Shown: positions 21,572 through 31,002 of the stretch, one piece after another
Layout: each line of letters begins with the position of its first letter
Numbering within the stretch: the stretch's first letter is position 1
DNA from: Pirellulales bacterium
GTDB taxonomy: Bacteria; Planctomycetota; Planctomycetia; Pirellulales; Lacipirellulaceae
Reading direction: 5' to 3'
DNA: 64,000 nt
NCBI GenBank assembly: GCA_963704265.1
Contig: CAVPHI010000003.1
Span: 189,183-253,182, forward strand
Notes under the pieces: model-generated
Told to the model about the DNA's origin: nothing
Seen by the model: the letters and a program-made list of their open reading frames with translations, nothing else
The model's database searches: none
Made by a program: the position numbers and the translations under genes

Positions 21572-23257
21572 CTATTGAGGGCTGCGCGGCAAATGAACTC
21601 CCGGCGATGCGTAGCATCGCGGCCAGTTGGCAAGCGTCGTCCTGTGGCGTGTCAACCAGCCAATGAGGAACACGACGATCAGAGCTGCCGCCGCGGAATT
21701 TGGCTCGGGAACGGAAGTCGCGGCAGAGACGGATTCCGAACCTGTTGCGACTAGGTTGTCACGCCAAATCGCGTAGTCGGCGGCGTCGATCACGCCGTTC
21801 CCATTGCCGTCGGCGCTTAACTGCGTGGTTGAACCGAAGCTGGCTCTCCAAAGATCGTAATCGCTCTGACCGACGGCGCCACTATTATCATAATCGCCGA
21901 GGATGCCAGTCGAGATGAAGTAATTTACGAGTGACGATATGGTGGGGCCTGAATTGATGGAAAATACGAATGACAAATCCTCCAGCCCATTGAGGCCTCC
22001 CGTGTAGGCGACGCCCAAGTCGATGGCTTCACCGGCAGGGACTACCGTGGAAGCAAGAAGATTAAGCTCAAGCAATCGGTTGGCAGAGGGATTCGATTCA
22101 ACCCAACCAAGTTCATTTTGGTCGTGTAGGCTGTTCCATGTGACGGGATTCAGCAGTCCGGCCGTTGACAGAATCCCGTACGCGTCGATATCGATATCGA
22201 TTTGAGCAGGATTTTGGATTGTGATTCTGCCAGTCAGTTTGTTCACGCGGGCATACAGGCCACCATCGGAAGTGAAAACAATATCGCCAGTATATGAATT
22301 GGGATCACCCTGAAGCGTGTAGCTAAAGGTCATATCTTCAAAGCCTGACGAAGGGTCATACGCCTGGCCTAGTGAAATTTGTTGGCCATCCGCGACCTGC
22401 TTGAAGCCAGTCAGGTTTAGTTCGGTGAGGGTTGACTTCGGATTCACTCCTCCGCCGGGTGGCACCTCTTCCCAACCTAGTTCGCCCTGGTCCTGTAGGC
22501 TACTCCAACCGATTGGATCCAGGGCTAACGCCGTGCCCGAGTGAATCGAGTACCCGTCGATGTTGAACCCTTGCGGTGTGTTTACGCCGACGATCTGCGT
22601 TAGTCCGCTGAAGCGATTTATCCGAAGCTCCACGGGAGGCGAAATGGACAAGCTCAATCTAGCTTCCTCGCCGGGATCACTCTCAATGGATTTGAAGTAC
22701 CCATGTGAACCACCGACAATTGGAAGAGAACCAGTAAGAATTATTGTGGCGGTACCGTCTCCGCCATTGATTACCCTTTCGCTGTCAATGTAATCGGAGA
22801 GCAAGCTACTCGTGAAAGTATTGATACCGGATGAATGTGTGAAACTTCCCAAAGGCACGCCACCGAAGACCTTGCCGGGCAATACGTGAACGGCACTGGA
22901 CAAGTCGTTTCCGGGCGCCGTGTTCCAGGTCGTGGAGATATCGTTCCAGTTATCGTTGCCGATAAGCCCGTAGACGCTGACCGGTGCTCCGGTGGCCGTT
23001 CCCGGCTCGATCTCCAGAGCCGCGTCACTTAGAGCAACGACAGAGGCAAGACCGGCGAGGTCGAATTTGAGCCACGACTTTGCAGAATTGCTCGTATCGC
23101 CTCCGAGACCATTGTTCAAAGCGTTGATCTCGAGGGCGGCACCCGCAAATGTTGAACCTGAACTCGCGCCGCCACGGAATACGGCGTCCTCGCTGGTGAC
23201 GATTGTCAATTCAGTCGCAACGCATGGAAGTGCCGTCAGCACCGTGATCAGAGCCAT
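21572..23257 (-). CDS. Secreted PEP-CTERM protein with two ~105-aa internal repeats and dockerin-like repeats
   Basis: It has a signal peptide 'MALITVLTALPCVATE' and repeats starting 'LRINRFSGLTQIV...' and 'ARVNKLTGRITIQ...'. It also has 'GDYDNSGAVGQSDYDLWR...DGNGNGVIDAADYAIWR' and 'VPEPNSAAAALIVVFLIGWLTRHR'. Confidence 0.7.
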   Translation of the reverse strand: MALITVLTALPCVATELTIVTSEDAVFRGGASSGSTFAGAALEINALNNGLGGDTSNSAKSWLKFDLAGLASVVALSDAALEIEPGTATGAPVSVYGLIGNDNWNDISTTWNTAPGNDLSSAVHVLPGKVFGGVPLGSFTHSSGINTFTSSLLSDYIDSERVINGGDGTATIILTGSLPIVGGSHGYFKSIESDPGEEARLSLSISPPVELRINRFSGLTQIVGVNTPQGFNIDGYSIHSGTALALDPIGWSSLQDQGELGWEEVPPGGGVNPKSTLTELNLTGFKQVADGQQISLGQAYDPSSGFEDMTFSYTLQGDPNSYTGDIVFTSDGGLYARVNKLTGRITIQNPAQIDIDIDAYGILSTAGLLNPVTWNSLHDQNELGWVESNPSANRLLELNLLASTVVPAGEAIDLGVAYTGGLNGLEDLSFVFSINSGPTISSLVNYFISTGILGDYDNSGAVGQSDYDLWRASFGSTTQLSADGNGNGVIDAADYAIWRDNLVATGSESVSAATSVPEPNSAAAALIVVFLIGWLTRHRTTLANWPRCYASPGVHLPRSPQ

Positions 23258-23344
23258 GTTGGAGCATCTCCTCCAACAAGCCGAACTCACCAAGAGTGAA
23301 CTGCGACGCCCCTGCATGACGACATTCCAATCAACGGCGAACCG

Positions 23345-24877
23345 TTACCTAAACCAAATCATGTTTGTACGAGGTCGCGCCACCAGCCAGGCCGCCAAGG
23401 ATGCCAGCGATAGTGCCCATGCACTCGGTTCTGGAACCGTTGTGCCATCGAGGCTCAGTACCGCCGTGCCCTCGTAATGCATGGTCTTAAAGCGACGAAA
23501 GTCTTCGAAGCCCACAAAACCGTCACCTGTCACGTCGCCATTTGCATAGGGCGCAACGGAAGAAAGCATGTTCGGCACCATGAAATTGTTGAAGTCGGCC
23601 TCGTCGACATGGCCATCGCCGTCAAAATCGCCAAGCAAGATGGACAAACCTCGGGCACCGATATACTCACCGTCGGATGCACCAAATACGATGGCAAGTG
23701 AAGTGCTTGGATCCAATCGCATGAACAGGGGATCGTGAAGGTTGGTCGATGCAAAAACTGGCTGAACGCCTGTTATGCTGCCGGTGCCTAGCGTAACCGG
23801 ACCATTGATCGGTCCCAGCGTATTGCCCCACAACGCGTTGTATTCAATGTTCTGGTTGGTGGGGCCAGGTACATACACCTGAAAACCATACTCATCATTG
23901 TTAACGAACAATGAATCCTTGATCGTCCAGCCCGGCAGGTTTTCGAGTCCCATCGTCATGCCGCTTGCACTGTTGCCATAAACAGTGACGTTTTCAACAG
24001 TCCCCGTAATATGCTCGCCGTTACGTATGCTGGGAGTGCTCCACGCGATGCCCTGGTTGCCATTGTTCAGGAAGACGCTATTGCGAATTAGAACGTTCTG
24101 AATTCGTTGGTCCGAAGTGTTCGGTTCGATATCGATTCCTGCCCGAGGCGAGGTTCCGTCGACGTTGGCGACGACCGTGTCTTCAATTAGGAGGTCTTCC
24201 GCACTGACGACGCTAATGCCGTTGCGATAGGCGTTGTCAATGATTACATCCTTGATCGTCACGTTCCGAGAGAACCCGGCGTCCGAGTTCGTGCCTACAT
24301 AGATGCCGTCTCCCCCGGTGTCTTCGATCGTAATCCCGAGAATGTCGACGTTGTTAACGTCCAACAGGGCAACGCCGTGTCGAAACTCAAGTGTTGTATA
24401 AGGTGGCTGCAGGTAATCCGCTTGTTGCATTCGAAACGTTGCTCCATACCCGCTTAACGTGACATTCGATTTCCCGGAGACCGTGAAGAGCCGGTCCTCT
24501 ATACTCAAGAATTCGCCTGGCTTTGCAATCACGACCACACCGTTTTCAAAACGGACTTCCTGGTTGCTGCGAGTCAGTAGAATCGGCTTGACAATCCAGT
24601 CGGTCCCCATGTTGGGAACCCACACGTCTTGTCCCGTATTAATCGCGGACTGCAAAGCGTTCGTGGCATCTGCGGCGTTGAAGCCACCACCAGTCGTGGA
24701 CGCATCCAGAAAACCAGGAGGTGGAGGCCCCGCGAATACCGTGGCAGAGGAGATAAGCACACTGGCTGCTAGGATGCCGATCGTGCTTCTCCGAAGAACG
24801 GTCACGAACGGCTTGTCATGCGCATCACTGAGACAGTGAGTCCGTAAACGGGACTTCTTGAGGAAAGCAATGGTCAT
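23345..24877 (-). CDS. Right-handed parallel beta-helix (pectate-lyase fold) protein with dockerin-like repeat and PEP-CTERM anchor
   Basis: It has a signal anchor 'IGILAASVLISSATVFA' and beta-helix turns such as 'NVTIKDVIIDNAYRNGISV'. The C-terminus carries 'GDFDGDGHVDEADFNNF...GDVTGDGFVGFEDFRRF' and 'VPEPSAWALSLASLAAWLVARPR'. Confidence 0.7.
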   Translation of the reverse strand: MTIAFLKKSRLRTHCLSDAHDKPFVTVLRRSTIGILAASVLISSATVFAGPPPPGFLDASTTGGGFNAADATNALQSAINTGQDVWVPNMGTDWIVKPILLTRSNQEVRFENGVVVIAKPGEFLSIEDRLFTVSGKSNVTLSGYGATFRMQQADYLQPPYTTLEFRHGVALLDVNNVDILGITIEDTGGDGIYVGTNSDAGFSRNVTIKDVIIDNAYRNGISVVSAEDLLIEDTVVANVDGTSPRAGIDIEPNTSDQRIQNVLIRNSVFLNNGNQGIAWSTPSIRNGEHITGTVENVTVYGNSASGMTMGLENLPGWTIKDSLFVNNDEYGFQVYVPGPTNQNIEYNALWGNTLGPINGPVTLGTGSITGVQPVFASTNLHDPLFMRLDPSTSLAIVFGASDGEYIGARGLSILLGDFDGDGHVDEADFNNFMVPNMLSSVAPYANGDVTGDGFVGFEDFRRFKTMHYEGTAVLSLDGTTVPEPSAWALSLASLAAWLVARPRTNMIWFR

Positions 24878-25100
24878 TACTGCTACCGACCTGGACAAAG
24901 GAGAGTGCGCCATCAAAAGAGTGCCACCTGGAGTCGCGGCAGAAAGTGCCTTGACAAGTACGACCGAATTCTTCTGCGTCATGACTCGGTCTTTCAAGTT
25001 CAGGTCTCTGCCTTGTTTCGTTCTGTGGAGCACGCCGAAATGTGTCAATAGGTTTGAGACAACTGCCTTTTGAGTTTACCGTAGCCGCGCCGCCGACGGG

Positions 25101-25550
25101 CTAGTGCTTCTCTACCGCCCCTGTCCCATCGGAAGTGATTGTGATTCGAATGTCATTCGTGTCAGCCGACACTTCATAGGCAAGTCCAGAGGTATGCGGA
25201 CTATTGAAACTTTCGGGGATCAGTGATCGTTGCCCGCCCCCCCAGTATCGATCGTACCGGTTTAGCGATTGCGGCTCGGCGGCATCGCAAATCACTCCAA
25301 ATCTCGTTGGCCCGAGAATCGCGCCGTCGCCGCTCTCTTCGCGATAGGTTGAGATTTGAAACGAACCGTCAGGCTGGATTGTTCCCTGTCCCATACGGCC
25401 TGCCCGTGCCAGGGTGACAACGTCACCATGATTCAAGGGGCTTCCATCGAATACGACAACGCCACGCACGGGAGCAGTTGAAAGAGTTTTGTCACTGCAT
25501 CCAGCGATGAATACGGCGAGCACGCTGATAATTTTGATTCCATTTCTCAT
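25101..25550 (-). CDS. Small lipoprotein (companion of the DUF1559 gene)
   Basis: It has a lipobox 'VLAVFIAGCSD' followed by a beta-rich 130-aa domain. It is a paralogue of 29286-29714 (shared 'V.G.V..DG.P......V.F', 'DG.F.I/L'). Confidence 0.6.
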   Translation of the reverse strand: MRNGIKIISVLAVFIAGCSDKTLSTAPVRGVVVFDGSPLNHGDVVTLARAGRMGQGTIQPDGSFQISTYREESGDGAILGPTRFGVICDAAEPQSLNRYDRYWGGGQRSLIPESFNSPHTSGLAYEVSADTNDIRITITSDGTGAVEKH

Positions 25551-25624
25551 GGAGTGCGAAAGCCTTGCGGTAGCCGCGGATTATTGGATCGAAAAGAAAT
25601 CAGAAGCGGGAACTTGCCTCGTTG

Positions 25625-26566
25625 TTATGGACCTACACCTGCAATCGGTTCGTCTTGGTCACGGCTAGCGAACGCTTGAAGAAGCCTCAACTCGATGTCC
25701 TCGACGATGTATTGGCAACTGCCATCAGCCATGGCAAAGTGCACGCCGCGGCCAGAATGTTGGCTGGCGAAGCTGGTAGAGTTGAAATCCTTCTTGCCAA
25801 TTGGGCTGCCGAAATAGACTGAATTTAATGGATACGCAATGTTCTTGATTACGAGGGAACCCGATAGATATTCGCTGAGTCCACCCAGCCACGACTCGTA
25901 CGAGTTCTTTTCCCAGGCCATTTCGGCAAACAAGAAGGTTTTGCTGGAACCATCGGTAATGTCCTTCATGCTTACCAACTCATCGCGGAGAAGGATCCCA
26001 TTGGTCGCCCAGCCACCGTAGTCGCGTCGAAAGACGCTATTCGGGGCCCAGGGATACTGGGAGCCGGGAGCGCGAAAGAGATTCTCTCCTTTAGCGCCCA
26101 TGACACCGAAGTAGTGTGCGGGTGTTTCTACTTTGCATCCGGGTTCGCTATGGTAGTCTGCCCCACCGCCTGGACCGTACCACCAGTCCACCACGGGATC
26201 GGTTTCCGGGCAGATCAGGCCGGGGATTAGTTGCCGGCGAACCTCCATGTGGCATCCATCTTCCCACGCCCGATTGAAGTTGATGCGGTCATAAAGTGCC
26301 TGTTGTTCCATGAATGGAAGTAAACGGGCAAGATGGCTCGTTCGAGAGACATGGCTCTTTTGCGAACCAGTAGTAGTTACAGGTGTTTGTGACCCAAAAG
26401 GGAAGCTCCCGCGGACGGAGTGGTAATTCTGTGCCGCGAGCGCCAGTTGTTTGAGATTGTTAACGCAATGCAATCGGCGTGCTGCTCCACGAGCCGCCTG
26501 CACGGCCGGCAAGAGCAACGCGACCAATACACCGATGATGGCAATGACGACCAACAGTTCCACCAA
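25625..26566 (-). CDS. DUF1559 protein (type IV pilin-like N-terminus), copy 1; start codon unresolved
   Basis: '(HGFT)[49 protein letters not shown]' plus the DUF1559 C-terminal region 'HSGRGVHFAMADGSCQYI'. The frame stays open upstream to 26740 and encodes the prepilin leader, but it contains no ATG/GTG/TTG. Confidence 0.75.
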   Translation of the reverse strand: MVELLVVIAIIGVLVALLLPAVQAARGAARRLHCVNNLKQLALAAQNYHSVRGSFPFGSQTPVTTTGSQKSHVSRTSHLARLLPFMEQQALYDRINFNRAWEDGCHMEVRRQLIPGLICPETDPVVDWWYGPGGGADYHSEPGCKVETPAHYFGVMGAKGENLFRAPGSQYPWAPNSVFRRDYGGWATNGILLRDELVSMKDITDGSSKTFLFAEMAWEKNSYESWLGGLSEYLSGSLVIKNIAYPLNSVYFGSPIGKKDFNSTSFASQHSGRGVHFAMADGSCQYIVEDIELRLLQAFASRDQDEPIAGVGP

Positions 26567-26583
26567 AGTAAAACCATGCGTGG

Positions 26584-26637
26584 GTCGGCCGAGCCGAGGC
26601 CGACACGATCGCCTCCGGGCCGCTCGGCTCGCGGCCC
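26584..26637. repeat. GC-rich double-hairpin element inside the DUF1559 copy-1 leader
   Basis: Hairpin 1 is GTCGGCC-GAGCCGA-GGCCGAC (26584-26604). Hairpin 2 is GGGCCGC-TCGGCTC-GCGGCCC (26617-26637). The two 7-nt loops are exact reverse complements. Nearly the same sequence recurs at 30738-30793. Confidence 0.65.
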
Positions 26638-26777
26638 CTACATAGCTAAAGCCGCCATGAGGCGAGTGGCCTTGATGAAGACGGTGTTTGGAGAACGACG
26701 TTCTGAGAATGATGACGCACAGTGCTCTCCTGGAACATTGTCAATTGAAGATGGCTGCATGCATCAACAGGCAGCAG

Positions 26778-28715
26778 TTATTTGCCAAGGCCATTGAAAG
26801 TTGTTGCCCCCACAGATTCTGGTGAGGATCCGTTTCCCGAATCCCATGTGCCAATCTGTTCTAAGATGTACCAGTACTTTCCATCCGACCGAATGACTAA
26901 TCTACTACCGGGTTCCCCAGACCAGCACTGTGTCGAAGCACCGGGGAGAAGAATAGGTGTGCCGAAGTCAAGCGTCATCCTGTGAGGCGCCACCACTTCA
27001 AACGTGTACTCGCTCCCAAAAGAACTTGTCCGAGGGTGGTCGAGCGACAATGAGATGTCTTGGGTGGCGCCGTGATTGGTAATGGTCTGTCCGATGTACG
27101 AATTCATGGAGTCCTTTCCAACGCTTTTGACGGCGTCGAAGACGGGCCCATCAGAGAAGCGGACCTTACAGAAACCGGCATAGGTTGCTTCGCCTTTATA
27201 GAAGCGTTTTTCGCCGGACATGTTAGTCCTCAATTCAATGTCGAGATTCTTGAAGCCGCCGTTTTCTTTTGAATCGTTGTAGAAACACAATGCGTGCATT
27301 GCTTTACCATCGGTCGACACGACGGAAACATTTCTGGCAGTGATATTTCCTGCTAACCGGCGAGAACTTCCTTCTGGTCGATGTGACCATACTGCAAAGC
27401 CGCTGCAAAGAGCGGGACCGTATTGATCGTAATCAATACTCTTATCTTGGTTTGGATTGATGATGCACAACCCATCGATTTTCATTGGCAGATTAGCACT
27501 AGTGCAGATAAAACCCGATCGCTTAGCATTTAGAACAGTACAGTCGTTGATAAACACAGTGCCCAAGGTATCGCTCGGGCCAATATCGATACCAAAGCCA
27601 ACCGCGTCACACTCACTAACGCAACCGCGAAAGGTAACGGAAACAGGTTTGTCTTGCTCATCATCACGCGCAAGAGAGAACCCATGCGCGAGATTGTTAT
27701 AGGAATGACAGTCCTCGAACACGATGTTCTGTATGGTGTCCGAGGCTATGTTTGGCTCAACGTCCACGCCCTTGTGCGGCCCAGTACCGTGCGTATTGGA
27801 AAAGGTGCATTTCTTGAATAAGACGTTGCGTGCATTCGTGAGAGAGCAGGCATTCCGACGGTTGTTATCGAAGACGCACAGTTCTAAATAGACGCCGTCC
27901 GGGCAACCCTCGCCTATGTAGATGCCGTCACCCCAACAACTGGATACTTTGCAGTTTCTGACGATGATGTTGGTTGACGAGCCAACGATTCGTATTCCAT
28001 GGCCCCATTCCCCACCAATGCCTGTATGAGCGTCTCGGTCCCCTTCAATTACCACCCCCTGGAGCTCGACATTGTCCTGTGCATCGATCAGGATGACCGA
28101 ATAATCTGGAGCGTCAGTCTTAATTGCCTTGAGTGTTGCACCGGGGTCGAAGATTACTTTTGTGTTGCTTAAGGGCTTCAAGCCCATTCCCATTGGTTCT
28201 CGGCGATCGCCAACGGCATCGATGGAGTACATTGCAGGCAGAAAGCGTATGGTACTTGCACCCGAAGCAAGTGCAGATTGACAGACTGCAGTGTCGTTTG
28301 GAGTGCCGACCTCTCCCCACCACTGAGGATACACCTCTTTCACAAAGCTCGGACCGAACTTAACCGTTCCTTTTCCAAAAAACAGTTGATTGGTGCCCGG
28401 AGCTTCCATGGATCCGTCGATGGAAATAACAACCGATGGTGCGATTGAAAAACACGCCCCATGCTCGAATCGCAAATTGACGTTTGAAGGTATGGAGACA
28501 GAACTATTGACTTCCCATGAACCAGGAGTCAAAAGCAAAGTTCTATGAGATGTGCCAATGACCTTTAGGGCATTCCGGATCGCCGAATCATTCATTCCGT
28601 CCGTGACGTAGTCACTGGCGACTATATAGGTGATATCTGACGCATCCACATGGCTCAAAGTTGCAAGGGCCAGCACAAGTGCATAAATCAATCGCAACAC
28701 AATGCATTGTTTCAT
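26778..28715 (-). CDS. Secreted right-handed beta-helix protein (pectate lyase superfamily / GH28-related fold)
   Basis: It has a signal peptide 'MKQCIVLRLIYALVLALATLSHVDA', 'YPQWWGEVGTPNDTAVCQSALASGASTIRF', and many short N/D-rich beta-helix turns ('NCKVSSCWGDGIYIGEG', 'FDNNRRNACSLTNARNVLFKKCTFSN'). Confidence 0.65.
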   Translation of the reverse strand: MKQCIVLRLIYALVLALATLSHVDASDITYIVASDYVTDGMNDSAIRNALKVIGTSHRTLLLTPGSWEVNSSVSIPSNVNLRFEHGACFSIAPSVVISIDGSMEAPGTNQLFFGKGTVKFGPSFVKEVYPQWWGEVGTPNDTAVCQSALASGASTIRFLPAMYSIDAVGDRREPMGMGLKPLSNTKVIFDPGATLKAIKTDAPDYSVILIDAQDNVELQGVVIEGDRDAHTGIGGEWGHGIRIVGSSTNIIVRNCKVSSCWGDGIYIGEGCPDGVYLELCVFDNNRRNACSLTNARNVLFKKCTFSNTHGTGPHKGVDVEPNIASDTIQNIVFEDCHSYNNLAHGFSLARDDEQDKPVSVTFRGCVSECDAVGFGIDIGPSDTLGTVFINDCTVLNAKRSGFICTSANLPMKIDGLCIINPNQDKSIDYDQYGPALCSGFAVWSHRPEGSSRRLAGNITARNVSVVSTDGKAMHALCFYNDSKENGGFKNLDIELRTNMSGEKRFYKGEATYAGFCKVRFSDGPVFDAVKSVGKDSMNSYIGQTITNHGATQDISLSLDHPRTSSFGSEYTFEVVAPHRMTLDFGTPILLPGASTQCWSGEPGSRLVIRSDGKYWYILEQIGTWDSGNGSSPESVGATTFNGLGK

Positions 28716-28794
28716 AATCACTTCCTTCCGGCCTTGTCGAACGATTCCTTCAAAACAAGCGTAACGCGGGCAGGAATGGAGTTGCCCACTTTTC

Positions 28795-29270
28795 TGAAGG
28801 AGCGTTTCGATGCTTGCCAAGGCCAAATCGAGTTACAAGATCACAAATTGGAGAGAATATAACGAATCGTTGGTGCATCGCGGCGACGCCACGTTCTGGC
28901 TTAGCGACGACGTGATCGACAGATGGGAGCACGCGAACGACGAGCCGCAAGTCGGCCAGCCGAGCATCCCGCTCCGCAGAAACTCCAAGATCAAACAACA
29001 CGGCAACGCAGCAAATTGCCCGCCGCTTCCGCGGGACGAAGTGATCCGCGAGATCCGCTGCGGAGGTCGCCAGCGGTGGAAGGAATCGGTGGGCTATCAT
29101 CGCTGGAGCCTTTCGGAAACCGCCATGCATCGCATGAAGTGTTGTTTTTGGGGAAACACTAAAGAACCGCGAACTGGAAAACCAACAGACCGAGGCTACG
29201 CTACGCAGCAAAATCCTCAACGATTTCACCCATCTCGGGCTGCCTCATTTCGAGTGGAGTTAGTCGACAC
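28795..29270 (+). mobile_element. Internally deleted IS5-family (IS903-like) transposase remnant
   Basis: The N-terminal ~50 aa 'KAKSSYKITNWREYNESLVHRGDATFWLSDDVIDRW' is fused to the C-terminal ~100 aa '...RQRWKESVGYHRWSLSETAMHRMK'. After a further frame break it reads 'LKNRELENQQTEATLRSKILNDFTHLGLP'. The central DDE region is absent and no inverted repeats were found. Confidence 0.55.
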
Positions 29271-29285
29271 GGTCATCTCGTTCTA

Positions 29286-29714
29286 TTACGGCTGGACCAT
29301 GTCGAAGTCGAAAGAACCATTGCCATCTTCAGTAACAACCGCCTCAAACCCACTCGTGTCAAGGCGGCGGTATTTCATCGGAATGTAAGATGTATCGGCG
29401 ATGGGATTGTTTTTTGTGCCAGGGCCTGGCAGTGATGGTTTGATCGAAACTTTGTAGGTACCGGGTGGAATTCCAGCCCCATGCTCGCTTCCCAAAGTGA
29501 AAGTTCCATCCGACTCAATGGCGTAGGCTGAACTGAATCCCTCGGCAGATGTGAAGTCGATCACGGCAGAACCAGGTACTGGCCGACCGTTAAGAGTCAC
29601 TCTACCGCTCACGGGAGTAATCGCTGGGGCGTCACCATCGCCGCAACCGATAGCGCTAAGAAGGACGATTCCCAAGGTCGCGTTAGAAAGACCAGTTCTC
29701 TTGAACACTTCCAC
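29286..29714 (-). CDS. Small lipoprotein (companion of DUF1559 copy 2)
   Basis: Likely GTG start giving 'VEVFKRTGLSNATLGIVLLSAIGCGDG' (lipobox), then 'VSGRVTLNGRPVPGSAVIDF...DGTFTL'. It is a paralogue of 25101-25550. Confidence 0.55.
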   Translation of the reverse strand: MEVFKRTGLSNATLGIVLLSAIGCGDGDAPAITPVSGRVTLNGRPVPGSAVIDFTSAEGFSSAYAIESDGTFTLGSEHGAGIPPGTYKVSIKPSLPGPGTKNNPIADTSYIPMKYRRLDTSGFEAVVTEDGNGSFDFDMVQP

Positions 29715-29748
29715 GATTGCCCCCAAACAACTTGAACAGTTCCACGCC

Positions 29749-30859
29749 TTACTGAATCTGTCCGTCGTCGCGAATCGCAAGTAATTTGAGAATTGAGAGA
29801 TCTGTATCCTCGCTGAGAAAGTCGGAACTGCCGTCAGCCCGCAACGCATGAGCTCCGCCAGGATGTGGTGACAGGATCGGATTGTTAAATCCGCCATTAC
29901 TGCTCATTCCTGCCGACAACGTTTTCCAATTAATCGGGTAGCGAACAGAAATAATGCTGTAAAACTGGTTCGGCAAACTTGTCCAGCAGGAATCGGTCTT
30001 GCTTGGAGATCCCTCGCATCTGCCACCTCCCATGAATCCATCCGCGGCGTTGGAACGGTAGTCGAGACGTGCGCCCGTATTGCCGTTGACCACGAAGTCG
30101 GACTGCTCAACTACCATCAGTGTGTGACTTGTACCATCTGTTATTTTGGCAACGCTCACGCTGATATTTGGGTTCAGTATGCCGTTGGCACATGCAATGC
30201 CGGATGAGCCATCCGTGCATCGATGTTTTCCAGTGGGATCTTCATCATAATCAGAGCCTGTTCCGAGCTTAGCGGCTCCACATACGCCCATGTAACAAGA
30301 TGTGCCAATGTGTTGGCCCGGATTGCCGAGCACTGCCGAAGCCCACGCCCATTGGTTCACGTCAGTTGATGGACACCAATACGAAGGCGGAAGCACACCC
30401 TCCAGTGCGATGGAGTTCGGAAGCGTCATTGAACGAGTGACCCACATCGGAAACTGGGATGTGAAATCCAACCTTTCATAGGTCGTTCTGATATTCAAGC
30501 CCGGGGAGGATGTGTACCATCCAACTTGAGTGCCAAGGAGCTTTAGAACCGACCGGGAATTTTTGACGTGCTGAATGGTAGCCCTGCAACGCAAGCCCGA
30601 TCTGCCTGATATTGTTATTGCACTGAACCTTCCTTGCTGCCTCGCGGGCCGCCTGAACTGCCGGCAGCAGTAAGCCCACCAGAACACCAATAATGGCGAT
30701 CACCACGAGCAACTCTACCAAGGTAAAACCATGCGTAGGTCGGCCAAGCCGGGGCCGACACGATCGCCATTGGGCCGCTCGGCTCGCGGCCCCTACATAG
30801 GTAAAACCATGCGTGGGCCGGGAGAAGTTGCTGCGCTTTTCCGAATACCGTGTTTTCAT
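29749..30859 (-). CDS. DUF1559 protein, copy 2; one frame break and a 78-nt in-frame leader insertion
   Basis: '[83 protein letters not shown]'. ORFs 30476-31006 and 29749-30690 join as '[11 protein letters not shown]|YERLDFTSQ' (frame switch about 30478-30484). The C-terminus is '[17 protein letters not shown]'. Confidence 0.75.
30722..30814. repeat. Double-hairpin element flanked by a 15-nt direct repeat, in frame inside the DUF1559 copy-2 leader
   Basis: GGTAAAACCATGCGT occurs at 30722-30736 and again at 30800-30814, exactly 78 nt (26 codons) apart. The two copies bracket GTCGGCC-AAGCCGG-GGCCGAC and GGGCCGC-TCGGCTC-GCGGCCC. Confidence 0.7.
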
Positions 30860-31002
30860 GTGGCCCGGCACGCAAAGATTCCTCTTCTGCTGCAACTGAT
30901 TCAGTCCTTTGCGAGTACTGATCCGCTCAAGCGGACGGTGACTCACACGCGGTCGCTGCCGGACTCCGTTCGCGTCGTGGTCGAAACGCACCCATTCATC
31001 GA

